This document shows, in pieces, positions 42,350 to 50,068 of a stretch of 64,000 nucleotides of DNA. Position 1 is the stretch's first letter. Each line of letters starts with the position of its first letter. This DNA is from Campylobacterota bacterium (lineage in GTDB: Bacteria > Babelota > Babeliae > Babelales > RVW-14), in assembly GCA_020633995.1 (NCBI GenBank), contig JACKCO010000003.1, positions 73,503 through 137,502 of the forward strand, written 5' to 3'. The position numbers and the translations under genes are program-made. The notes beneath the pieces were generated by a model that had not been told where the DNA came from, made no database searches, and saw nothing but the letters and a program-made list of their open reading frames with translations.

Positions 42350-44158
42350 ATGAACGGTTCACTTTTTAAACGCTATTTAGCGAGCACGCTTATCCTGATG
42401 GGACTTGCATGTTCATCAGTAAACGCAGCTAACTTTAAAGTAGTTCACGCGTGGTATGGCTTTGATGGCAATGAAACCATCGACGTCACAACAAAACTTG
42501 CTGAGCAGCTCAACAAAGATGGCTACTTAAGCTTTCCTGCGGATATGAACAAATATTATGGCAAGGACCCGATTCCAAACAAAGTAAAAGTAACCGCCTA
42601 TCATCTCCAGACTGAAGCTGGTCACAATTTTCACTTCAGAACCCCTGAATGGGCAGATTCTCACCTTGCAAACATTGTTTCAAATGTTTCTGGCAAATCG
42701 CTCAATCGAGAAAAAGATCCTAAAGATAGAAAACTTCCTTCAGGCTTTCCAGACATTATGCCTCCTGCAGAAATGGAAGCTGTACATGCATGGTACGGGA
42801 ATGAAACCAATGTCGTTATCGACAAAATAAAAGAAAATATAAAAGAATTTGGCTTCATTTACATGCCTGACATTAAAAAGGCATTCAATGACACCGACTC
42901 AAGTAGTAAAAAACTTGCCATCCACTTACGACTAAGAAATCACGACGATGTTGGGCAAATACTCGACGTACATCTACGAGCAGACAGTGATAAACCATTC
43001 ATTTTCTATCCGATCAATCCTGCTGAAACAACTATGGCCAAAGAAGAGAAAAAAGACGAACCTAAAAAAGACGTCGAAGAAAAAGTTGTAGAAAAAGCAA
43101 CAGAAGATACACAAGCGCTTGACATGGACTATTTCGCGCTAACACACAGCGTTGCATCAAAACAATTGCTAAAAAATACGCAACAAAAACACACCATCAA
43201 CTATGGTGACATCATCGAACTTAACCACGTCTATGGTAACGTTCAAATCCACGCCAACAATGCATTTAAGTACAACAACGAAGGCGGTTCTGGCCAGGTA
43301 CAGGTCCAGGGCTGGACAGCTCCAGGCCAAGAAGAAAACTTCTTCATCGTCAAGGGCGCAGATGGCCAAGATGATAAAGAAGGTCCCGTCAAGAGCGGTG
43401 ACATTATTCGCCTTGAACACAAAATTTCTAAAATGAATCTCCACTCACATGCCTCGCACCAAAGCCCTAACGACATTGGTTATGAAATAACTTTGTTTGG
43501 CAGCGATGGCAAAGGTGACAGCAATGACAACTGGGTTCTGATGGTAATGGATGATGACCAAATCGGTAATCCTGCAAAGTCAGATACCGAGTGGACAACT
43601 CGCGACAGTATCAATTTTTACCACCACAACACCAGTGACAACAAAGCGGTCAGCACTGTTTCTGGCAAACGCTTTTTAACCTGGGGCGGACCAAATCAAA
43701 TGTTTGATGTTTGGACCACCAACGAAAAAACTAGTCCAAAACGCCACGATCAATTTGAACTTGCGCTCACCGGACATGAAAGTCATTGGTTTGTAAGCGC
43801 ATTCCACAAAGACACCCCTAAAGAAAAGAAGATGGCAATTGCAACAACACCACCGAAAAAGGTCACCGCTGACAAAGAAGATGTTAAAAAACAGGAAGAA
43901 GGCGACAAAGATAAAGATAAAGAAGACGAAGAAGAAGACACAACCGATGTACAAAGCGTAAGAACTCGCAGAACACGAACGGCTCGTACACGACGTACAA
44001 GAGGCACAACACGCCAAGCAAGAGCACCACGCACAGAACGCAGCACAAGAGGCGCAAGAACAAGAACCACACGCAGCACACGAGCAAGCCGTGGTCGTGA
44101 ACGTGCGGGACGTAGAACAACTCGTACTTCACGCCGCAGCGCACGTTATGAAAAATAA
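42350..44158 (+). CDS. Exported DUF3395-like x2 / SDF2-like MIR protein with basic tail (602 aa)
   Basis: The ATG at 42350 follows GGGGGA (the caller's TTG is at 42344). The signal peptide is LASTLILMGLACSSVNA. The N-terminal modules are FKVVHAWYGFDGNETIDVTTKL..YYGKDPIPNKVKVTAYHL and AVHAWYGNETNVVIDKIKE. The C-terminal half is nearly identical at nucleotide level to that of the 40492 gene. Confidence 0.9.
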   Translation: MNGSLFKRYLASTLILMGLACSSVNAANFKVVHAWYGFDGNETIDVTTKLAEQLNKDGYLSFPADMNKYYGKDPIPNKVKVTAYHLQTEAGHNFHFRTPEWADSHLANIVSNVSGKSLNREKDPKDRKLPSGFPDIMPPAEMEAVHAWYGNETNVVIDKIKENIKEFGFIYMPDIKKAFNDTDSSSKKLAIHLRLRNHDDVGQILDVHLRADSDKPFIFYPINPAETTMAKEEKKDEPKKDVEEKVVEKATEDTQALDMDYFALTHSVASKQLLKNTQQKHTINYGDIIELNHVYGNVQIHANNAFKYNNEGGSGQVQVQGWTAPGQEENFFIVKGADGQDDKEGPVKSGDIIRLEHKISKMNLHSHASHQSPNDIGYEITLFGSDGKGDSNDNWVLMVMDDDQIGNPAKSDTEWTTRDSINFYHHNTSDNKAVSTVSGKRFLTWGGPNQMFDVWTTNEKTSPKRHDQFELALTGHESHWFVSAFHKDTPKEKKMAIATTPPKKVTADKEDVKKQEEGDKDKDKEDEEEDTTDVQSVRTRRTRTARTRRTRGTTRQARAPRTERSTRGARTRTTRSTRASRGRERAGRRTTRTSRRSARYEK

Positions 44159-44179
44159 TAAATAAAAAAGGGGAACGTT

Positions 44180-45250
44180 ATGAACTACTCTCGCTTAACA
44201 AAAAGCATTGTCCATCTGCTCAGCATGCTGCTGTGCCTGTCAACAGCTGCGCACGCTGCCCTGACGCAGCCGGCAATGCCAGTTATCGCAAGCTATAACA
44301 AGCAAACTCATCCACAGCAAACCATCAAATATGGCGATGTAATCAATATCCGTCATGCCTACTGCAAGGTGCAACTTGATGGAAGTAGCAAAAAAACATT
44401 TGATTCTGGCAACCGTGAAGTGTTTGGACTGGACGGCAGCGACAACATGCACTCATTTGTTGTGCATGGCCCACACGGCAGTGCCGCTGACTATCAAAAA
44501 GGTGAGCCAGTCAAGCATGGCCACATTATTCGCCTTGAGCCGTACGATTCTAACGCGTTCTTAACCGCCAATCTTAATGTAAGCAGCCCAGACGAGTTTG
44601 GTCCAGAAGTTTCATGCGCAGCAGGTAGCAGCAAGGCGTGTGACTGGATGGTGTTGATGAGCAAAGACGGTATGGCACACACACCAGCAGCTGCAGGCAG
44701 CGCACTGACAACACACGATAATTTTTCACTCTACCACGTAGCAAGCAGCAAAAATGAAGACTCTAAAACCACCTCTGGAAAAATGTTTTTGACTTGGGTT
44801 CCAAACACCGTCTACCAAACAGGTGATGGAAGCATGGGGCACGTCATCTCAATGGGTGATCAAGAAAGCCATTGGTTTGTAAAATCACTCTACGGCCAAG
44901 ATGAAACACCAGACGTTGATGAGCCAGAGGGCCAACAAGTAAGCGTTGCAAAACCAGTTATTTCAGGCGAAGGGCCAGCGATCAGAATAATTGCTGAAGA
45001 AAAAGATCGCGATGCTACACAACCACTTGTTCGTCGTGAACGTCGCCGTCCTGGCAGAACACGAACCATCGAACGTAAATATGGCCGCAAAGGAACTGGC
45101 AGAACACGAGGAGCGCGCTCTGGCGCAGGCATGAGCAGCCGCCGTGACCGTCGAGCAGAACGTGCTACACGTACAAGCACAGCACGCAAAGACAGACGAA
45201 CCGAGCAGCGAGCAAAATATCAAGATTATCTTGAAAGCAAAGGTCGTTAA
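44180..45250 (+). CDS. Exported single MIR-like protein with basic tail (356 aa)
   Basis: The RBS is AAGGGGA. The signal peptide is IVHLLSMLLCLSTAAHA. The diverged MIR module contains IKYGDVINIRHAYCKVQLDG, GHIIRLEPYDSNAFLTANLNVSSP, FSLYHVASSKNEDSKTTSGKMFLTW and ESHWFVKSLY. The tail is RRERRRPGRTRTIERKYGRKGTGRTRGARS...RRDRRAERATRTSTARKDRRTEQR. Confidence 0.88.
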   Translation: MNYSRLTKSIVHLLSMLLCLSTAAHAALTQPAMPVIASYNKQTHPQQTIKYGDVINIRHAYCKVQLDGSSKKTFDSGNREVFGLDGSDNMHSFVVHGPHGSAADYQKGEPVKHGHIIRLEPYDSNAFLTANLNVSSPDEFGPEVSCAAGSSKACDWMVLMSKDGMAHTPAAAGSALTTHDNFSLYHVASSKNEDSKTTSGKMFLTWVPNTVYQTGDGSMGHVISMGDQESHWFVKSLYGQDETPDVDEPEGQQVSVAKPVISGEGPAIRIIAEEKDRDATQPLVRRERRRPGRTRTIERKYGRKGTGRTRGARSGAGMSSRRDRRAERATRTSTARKDRRTEQRAKYQDYLESKGR

Positions 45251-45271
45251 AGACCGATGCTTTTAGGTTAT

Positions 45272-45303
45272 AAGGCGGGGACCGAAATCCCCGCCTTTTT
45301 TAT
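45272..45303 (+). terminator. Rho-independent terminator closing the six-gene MIR array
   Basis: The sequence is aaggcgggga-ccgaaa-tccccgcctt followed by tttttt. The 10-bp GC-rich stem plus T-tract lies 22 nt after the stop at 45250. Confidence 0.85.
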
Positions 45304-45344
45304 TTGCAGAAAAGCCCTCAATACTTGCACCTTTAGGCGTACTT

Positions 45345-45377
45345 GTGCTAATTTAATATTAAGTATTAAATTAGCAC
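45345..45377. promoter_or_regulatory. Perfect 14-bp inverted repeat (gtgctaatttaata-ttaag-tattaaattagcac) abutting the RBS of the ATPase gene; operator-like
   Basis: Direct reading shows the right arm ending 3 nt before AAAGG and 15 nt before the ATG at 45392. Confidence 0.4.
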
Positions 45378-45391
45378 AGAAAGGTGTAATC

Positions 45392-46597
45392 ATGTTTAAA
45401 CGAGACTTAGAAAAAATTCTGTTAGAGTATACAAAATTTCCAGTCGTCGCCATTTTGGGGCCGCGACAATCTGGCAAGACAACACTTGCTCAAGCAACAT
45501 TTAACAACTACACCTATGTTTCGCTTGAAGACCTCAAAACACGGGAACTCGCGCTTGAAGACCCACAAAATTTTTTGGCCATGCACGAAAACGAGCATGG
45601 CATCATTATTGATGAGTTTCAAAATGTACCAGACATTCTGTCCCAAATTCAGATTATTGTTGATCAAAAAAAACGCCCTGGCTACTTTGTTTTAACTGGG
45701 TCTCAAAATTTTTTAATGAATCAAGCAATCAGCCAATCTCTTGCTGGACGTGTTGGCATTTTAACATTGCTCCCCCTCTCGCTGCATGAGTTGAATTCAA
45801 ATAACCTACTCACACCCGACGTCAATCAAACAATCATTAACGGCTTCTATCCACGAATTTACGACGAATCATTTTCACCTTCACAACTCTACCCTTCATA
45901 CATTCAAACATATGTACAGCGCGATGTTCGCCAGCTTTCACATGTTGGTGATCTCAATGCTTTTATAAAATTTATAAAACTTTGTGCTGGTCGCATTGGT
46001 CAAATTCTCAATATGTCAGAAATAGCAGGCGTATGTGGCATCAGTACACCAACAGCACAACGTTGGCTCTCAATTTTGCAGGCAAGCTACATCATTTTTC
46101 TCTTACAACCCTACTTCAATAATTTTAACAAGCGCCAAACAAGCGCTCCTAAATTATACTTTTTTGATACAGGCATTGCATGCAGCCTCTTGGATATAAC
46201 ATCGGCAGATCGCCTTGGCGTTGACCGCCTCTATGGCAATATGTTTGAAAATTTTATTATCGCAGACCTATACAAGCAGTACTACACAGTTGGCAAACAA
46301 CCACCTGTATATTTTTGGCGAGACAAAAACGGCAGGCTTGAGGTTGACTGCATCATCGAAGAAGAAAGAACAATCTTTCCCGTAGAAATAAAATCAGGCA
46401 AAACAATAGCAAGTGACTTTTTTACAAACCTCAAAGAATGGAGCCAACTTGCACAAAAAAATAATCTTGACCTTGGCACAAATTTTATTGTCTATGGAGG
46501 CCAGCAGTCACGCACCTGGGACAACTGGGCAACCATTGGCTACCAAGATGCAGGGGTATTACTTGAAAAATATCTTAAACCAACGTCAAATGAATGA
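45392..46597 (+). CDS. AAA-family ATPase with C-terminal DUF4143-like region
   Basis: The ATG at 45392 has an AAAGG RBS; the caller's upstream extension to 45257 runs through the terminator. Walker A is ILGPRQSGKTTLA and Walker B-like is HGIIIDEFQ. The overall pattern (..YPRIYDES.. YIQTYVQRDVRQL ... EVDCII) matches the widespread AAA_14/DUF4143 ATPases as I remember them. Confidence 0.75.
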   Translation: MFKRDLEKILLEYTKFPVVAILGPRQSGKTTLAQATFNNYTYVSLEDLKTRELALEDPQNFLAMHENEHGIIIDEFQNVPDILSQIQIIVDQKKRPGYFVLTGSQNFLMNQAISQSLAGRVGILTLLPLSLHELNSNNLLTPDVNQTIINGFYPRIYDESFSPSQLYPSYIQTYVQRDVRQLSHVGDLNAFIKFIKLCAGRIGQILNMSEIAGVCGISTPTAQRWLSILQASYIIFLLQPYFNNFNKRQTSAPKLYFFDTGIACSLLDITSADRLGVDRLYGNMFENFIIADLYKQYYTVGKQPPVYFWRDKNGRLEVDCIIEEERTIFPVEIKSGKTIASDFFTNLKEWSQLAQKNNLDLGTNFIVYGGQQSRTWDNWATIGYQDAGVLLEKYLKPTSNE

Positions 46598-46620
46598 AAA
46601 CTGTGTTTTCTTCTCGGGCA

Positions 46621-46680
46621 AGAAATTTAGATCCTCTGGTCAATCCCCTTGTCAAGCAAGAGGGCAGGCTTGGTACCGGT
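46621..46680. repeat. Solo copy of hairpin-repeat module H3 (tagatcctctggtcaatccccttgtcaagcaagagggcaggcttgg)
   Basis: The same module occurs at 48674-48716, 49518-49560 and 49934-49980, with variants at 48578-48606 and 53762-53792. Confidence 0.8.
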
Positions 46681-46755
46681 ATGATGTGTTACATAGCGTA
46701 TTTCAAAAAAAATTAGCCAATCATAGCCCTGGTACAAAGTTTATTCGTTTACTCT

Positions 46756-48411
46756 TTAGGATTTGATTTTAGGTAAAGGAGTTGAAAAATTATAACCAAC
46801 CGTTTGTGCCAGCTCTTTATACTCAAGACTTAAGCTAGCGTAATCATTTATCGTAATATACCAGGCACCAAACTCACCGCGTAAAAAGTCTTTTGTTTGC
46901 TGGTCTGCATTTTTTGCAATCGCTGCAAGGTATTTTTCCATATGCCTATTAAGCATGTATCGCGCACATGTTACTGTTTGCTGGCCACTTTTCTCACATA
47001 ACATCTCTTGTGTAACAAGATTATGACGCACAAGCATCTCAATGCCATCTTTGTGTTTGTCATAATTCGCACATAAAAAATAGAGTAAGCTCTTATCAGC
47101 ATCCTGACTGCCATCACGCAAGGTCAAACAGCACATTCTGAAATGATCTTTTTGACCTTGCACACCAAGAAGATATGGAATGTGCTGCCAGCCCATTTCC
47201 GAGGTTTCATATTTGAGCAATGCGGCACCGGTAGCAACATCGTCATTTTTTTTGGCAATACCCAATAGCTGCGCAACACGGTCTTTGTAGTTTTCTCGCT
47301 TCTCAGCAGGAATTGTTTTATACGCAAGATCAACAATTTTTTCAACAACTGACGCTTGTCTATTATCCACCGCAATATGACATGCATGAGCTAAATGATT
47401 TTCCCCATACCGAGTCTCATCATTTTGCACATCCCATAGATTTATGAGGTAGTCAACCAATGGAGCATTACCGTTCTTTGCAGCATACAAAAGTATGTTT
47501 TTTTCCCTCTTAAATTCAGTAAAAAGTAAATCATCATTCACATCAATACATTTTTTAACAACCGCATCTTGGCCAAGGTCAAAAGCATGCTCGAGCAATT
47601 TTTTGCTCTGCCCTTTTGCTGATAGATCTTTATCTAGGCTGATTTTAAAACGCTCAGCCTGTGCAAGCAAATAATCTAGTTTTTTAGCATCAACGTTTTG
47701 TTGATCGAGCATTTTGTTTAACTCATCCACAACACTATAATCATAATCGCCCGTCACGGTTTGATACCAAGATGCAACGTTTGCCACCAGCAACACGCCA
47801 ACACCCAGCAAGTAACGCATGTCAGTGCGATAATCACTCGCCTCACGCAATGCACGTGCGAGCACGTATGCATTTTGCAGCGCAGCACGTGTTTGTGCGT
47901 CAGTTTCTGGGTGAATTGCAAGTGCCTCACACATTGCCACAGCACCTGCCACGCATGAAAGCACGTAGTCTTGCAACTGTGAAGGGCTGGCACATTGTTG
48001 ATCTACTAGCTTTTTTTCAAACGTGTGATCCTCTGTTGAGAGTGCATGCAGCCCGTTGGTAAACAGTTGCATCGCATCATAGCCAAACAACAGTCCTTCT
48101 TGAATTTTGTTTGCGTCACGGTCTTGCTCGTACCAGCTGTTGTATGCTTTAACAGCATGGCCTGTCACACGTGCAGCATCACGCACTGCGCAACGTGCGT
48201 ACTGTGCTTTGGTTGAACCACTCCCTTTTTGCGCAGTTACAAACAAATCTGCAAATGTTTCCACTCCTGCAAACACACACTGTGCTTTTTCTGCCTTGGT
48301 TGACACTTTCCAGTTGTCACTAACACTTGGCAAGCTCACTTTAGCGTTACTTTGTGTACTCAGCCCAACACTCAGCACAAGAAGTAACGATTTAAAAAAC
48401 ATTTTACTCAT
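46756..48411 (-). CDS. Exported helical-domain / ankyrin-like repeat protein (551 aa), paralog of 50069-53482
   Basis: The ATG at 48411 (MSKMFFKSLLLVLSVGLSTQSNA, a signal peptide) follows AAAGG. The first ~235 aa are almost identical to the paralog. The C-terminal part has ankyrin-like units (ILLYAAKNGNAPLVDYLI..). Confidence 0.85.
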   Translation of the reverse strand: MSKMFFKSLLLVLSVGLSTQSNAKVSLPSVSDNWKVSTKAEKAQCVFAGVETFADLFVTAQKGSGSTKAQYARCAVRDAARVTGHAVKAYNSWYEQDRDANKIQEGLLFGYDAMQLFTNGLHALSTEDHTFEKKLVDQQCASPSQLQDYVLSCVAGAVAMCEALAIHPETDAQTRAALQNAYVLARALREASDYRTDMRYLLGVGVLLVANVASWYQTVTGDYDYSVVDELNKMLDQQNVDAKKLDYLLAQAERFKISLDKDLSAKGQSKKLLEHAFDLGQDAVVKKCIDVNDDLLFTEFKREKNILLYAAKNGNAPLVDYLINLWDVQNDETRYGENHLAHACHIAVDNRQASVVEKIVDLAYKTIPAEKRENYKDRVAQLLGIAKKNDDVATGAALLKYETSEMGWQHIPYLLGVQGQKDHFRMCCLTLRDGSQDADKSLLYFLCANYDKHKDGIEMLVRHNLVTQEMLCEKSGQQTVTCARYMLNRHMEKYLAAIAKNADQQTKDFLRGEFGAWYITINDYASLSLEYKELAQTVGYNFSTPLPKIKS

Positions 48412-48527
48412 CAAAAACCTTTCGCTTATAAAAATGGAAAAAATGCCTGCTAACAATATCAAAAAAAAATGTTCTTATAAAATAAATGATTTTCGCTTAG
48501 ATTTTTTTGAAAAAATGAAGAACAAGT

Positions 48528-48716
48528 TCTGGATCCCGGCTCGGAGGCCGGGATGACGAGTTGGCGGGGCCGGGATGACCCCCTGGTCAAGCAAGGGGGC
48601 AGGCTCGAAGGTTGCTACGATTAGCAAGTTTGCTTACAAAAAAAAATTTGTCATTCCCGACTCTGATCGGGAATCTAGATCCTCTGGTCAATCCCCTTGT
48701 CAAGCCAGAGGACAAC
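48528..48716. repeat. Mosaic of hairpin repeat modules H1 (ggatcccggctcggaggccgggatgac), H2 (gtcattcccgactctgatcgggaatc) and H3
   Basis: Direct reading shows that each module is an imperfect palindrome and recurs in regions 49516-49990 and 53599-53795. Confidence 0.85.
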
Positions 48717-48752
48717 CAGTAGAACAGGTCGCACAGAAAGGTGTAACCATGT

Positions 48753-49139
48753 TTAGATAGAATTTTTCATCTTCATCTGAATAAAATCAAAGACTCTTTT
48801 TGCTGTTTCGATTGCATCCTCTGCTTCTCCTCTGTCGATATCAAAATAATCATCTGGGTAACGAGAATGTATCGCAAATGGATTAAGCTTTTTTACATCA
48901 TCTTTTAGTGCCAGAAAGTCAGCATCTGATTCACAACAAATCTTTAGTAGATATTCTAAATCATGAGTACGCTCTAGTGGGTTTCCTTTAAAAATTAAAA
49001 ATCCCTTCAGAACTTTTTCTGCGCATTGATGAGTGTGATAGGCAACGCAATCAAGTGTATCATCATCGTCTCTTAGGCCCTTGTGTGCCATTTTTAAGTC
49101 ACTTTGTGCCTTAGCAAACCAATCTTTATGCCCTGGCAT
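48753..49139 (-). CDS. HEPN-domain protein (toxin component of a HEPN/MNT pair)
   Basis: The 128-aa sequence WFAKAQSDLKMAHKGL ... YHTHQCAEKVLKGFL ... THDLEYLL ... HSRYPD is typical HEPN helices with an R-x4-H-like region near the C-terminus. It overlaps the upstream nucleotidyltransferase gene by 14 nt. Confidence 0.8.
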   Translation of the reverse strand: MPGHKDWFAKAQSDLKMAHKGLRDDDDTLDCVAYHTHQCAEKVLKGFLIFKGNPLERTHDLEYLLKICCESDADFLALKDDVKKLNPFAIHSRYPDDYFDIDRGEAEDAIETAKRVFDFIQMKMKNSI

Positions 49140-49446
49140 AGAGAACCTTTCCCTCTTTTTTTATCTTGTAACACAACGTTGAAGAATCTGCAGTTGTTTT
49201 TGCAAACTCATCTTTGGTATAAATTAAAAGATCTTTTGGGACTTTTAATTCCCATAAGGCTTCTGCACCCGCATCACCTCTTCTGTGTATTTTTTGGTCT
49301 GACTGATCAATCACAATAAGTAAGTCTAGGTCACTTCCTGCGTCGGGCTGACCCCACGCGTGTGAGCCAAAAAGGTATATCGTGATGGGATTATATGCCG
49401 AAACAAGTTTTTTTGTTACTGCTTCAATCATTTCATTCGATACCAT
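49126..49446 (-). CDS. Minimal nucleotidyltransferase (MNT antitoxin-type)
   Basis: The ATG at 49446 follows AAGGAG. The motif is IYLFGSHAWGQPDAGSDLDLLIV (the GS...D-x-D polymerase-beta-fold NTase motif). Confidence 0.85.
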   Translation of the reverse strand: MVSNEMIEAVTKKLVSAYNPITIYLFGSHAWGQPDAGSDLDLLIVIDQSDQKIHRRGDAGAEALWELKVPKDLLIYTKDEFAKTTADSSTLCYKIKKEGKVLYARA

Positions 49447-49515
49447 GAATAACGCTCCTTTGCCTAAAAGCAGAATCAATTTCGCAATATGCACAAGAAT
49501 TATTTTATTTTAAAG

Positions 49516-49990
49516 GAATTTAGATCCTCTGGTCAATCCCCTTGTCAAGCAAGAGGACAGGTCAGAGGATGCCCCCCTGTAGGCTCGTCGCTCCGGGCTT
49601 GATCCGGAGTCCATTCCTAAAGATAAAACCTATGTTTTTTACTCAAGTATTACCATGGATCCCGGCTCGGAGGCCGGGATGACAAGTTGGAAAGGCCTGG
49701 ATGCCCCCCTGTAGGCTCGTCACTCCGGGCTTGATCCGGAGTCCATTCCTAAAAAATAAAACTTATGTTTTTTACCCAAGTATTACCATGGATCCCGGCT
49801 CGGAGGCCGGGATGACGAGTTGGCAAGGCCGGGATAAGAGTTGGCAGGTTCAGTACTATCAAAAGTGTTTTTGAGGTGCTCGTTGTTAACTCAAATCCAA
49901 CAAAAAATTTGTCATTCCCGACTCTGATCGGGAATCTAGATCCTCTGGTCAATCCCCTTGTCAAGCCAGAGGACAGGTCAGAGCATGACA
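49516..49990. repeat. Largest hairpin-repeat mosaic, including a 132-bp tandem duplication (49567-49698 / 49699-49830)
   Basis: The module order is H3, then [gatgcccccctgtaggctcgtcRctccgggcttgatccggagtccattcctaaa...tattaccat-H1] x2, then a spacer shared with 53649-53730, then H2, then H3. The 80-aa ORF called here (49749-49991 -) is composed entirely of these repeats. Confidence 0.9.
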
Positions 49991-50007
49991 AGTTTGACTA
50001 AAAAGCA

Positions 50008-50043
50008 AAAAGAGAGGCGGCAACATTTCGTCACCGCCTCTCT
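50008..50043 (-). terminator. Rho-independent terminator of the 1137-aa ankyrin gene
   Basis: On the minus strand the sequence reads agagaggcgg-tgacgaaatgttg-ccgcctctct followed by ttttgctttt. The 10-bp stem starts 26 nt after the stop at 50069. Confidence 0.65.
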
Positions 50044-50068
50044 TTCTTTTATTTGCTCCTGATGTGGA

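Noticed and set aside
45257-45391. Upstream extension of the ATPase ORF (caller start 45257)
   Set aside because: The extension runs through the rho-independent terminator (45272-45303) and the 14-bp palindrome. An ATG with an RBS at 45392 gives a normal N-terminus 20 residues before the Walker A motif.
49516-49990. Possibility that the repeated units form a CRISPR array
   Set aside because: The repeats are of several different types, are irregularly spaced, include only a two-copy 132-bp tandem unit, and have no unique spacers of uniform length. No cas genes are present in the window.
49749-49991. 80-aa ORF (minus), and the 61-aa ORF at 48575-48760 (+), in the repeat mosaics
   Set aside because: Both are composed almost entirely of hairpin repeat modules that recur non-codingly elsewhere in different frames and orientations. 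Coding is therefore very unlikely.
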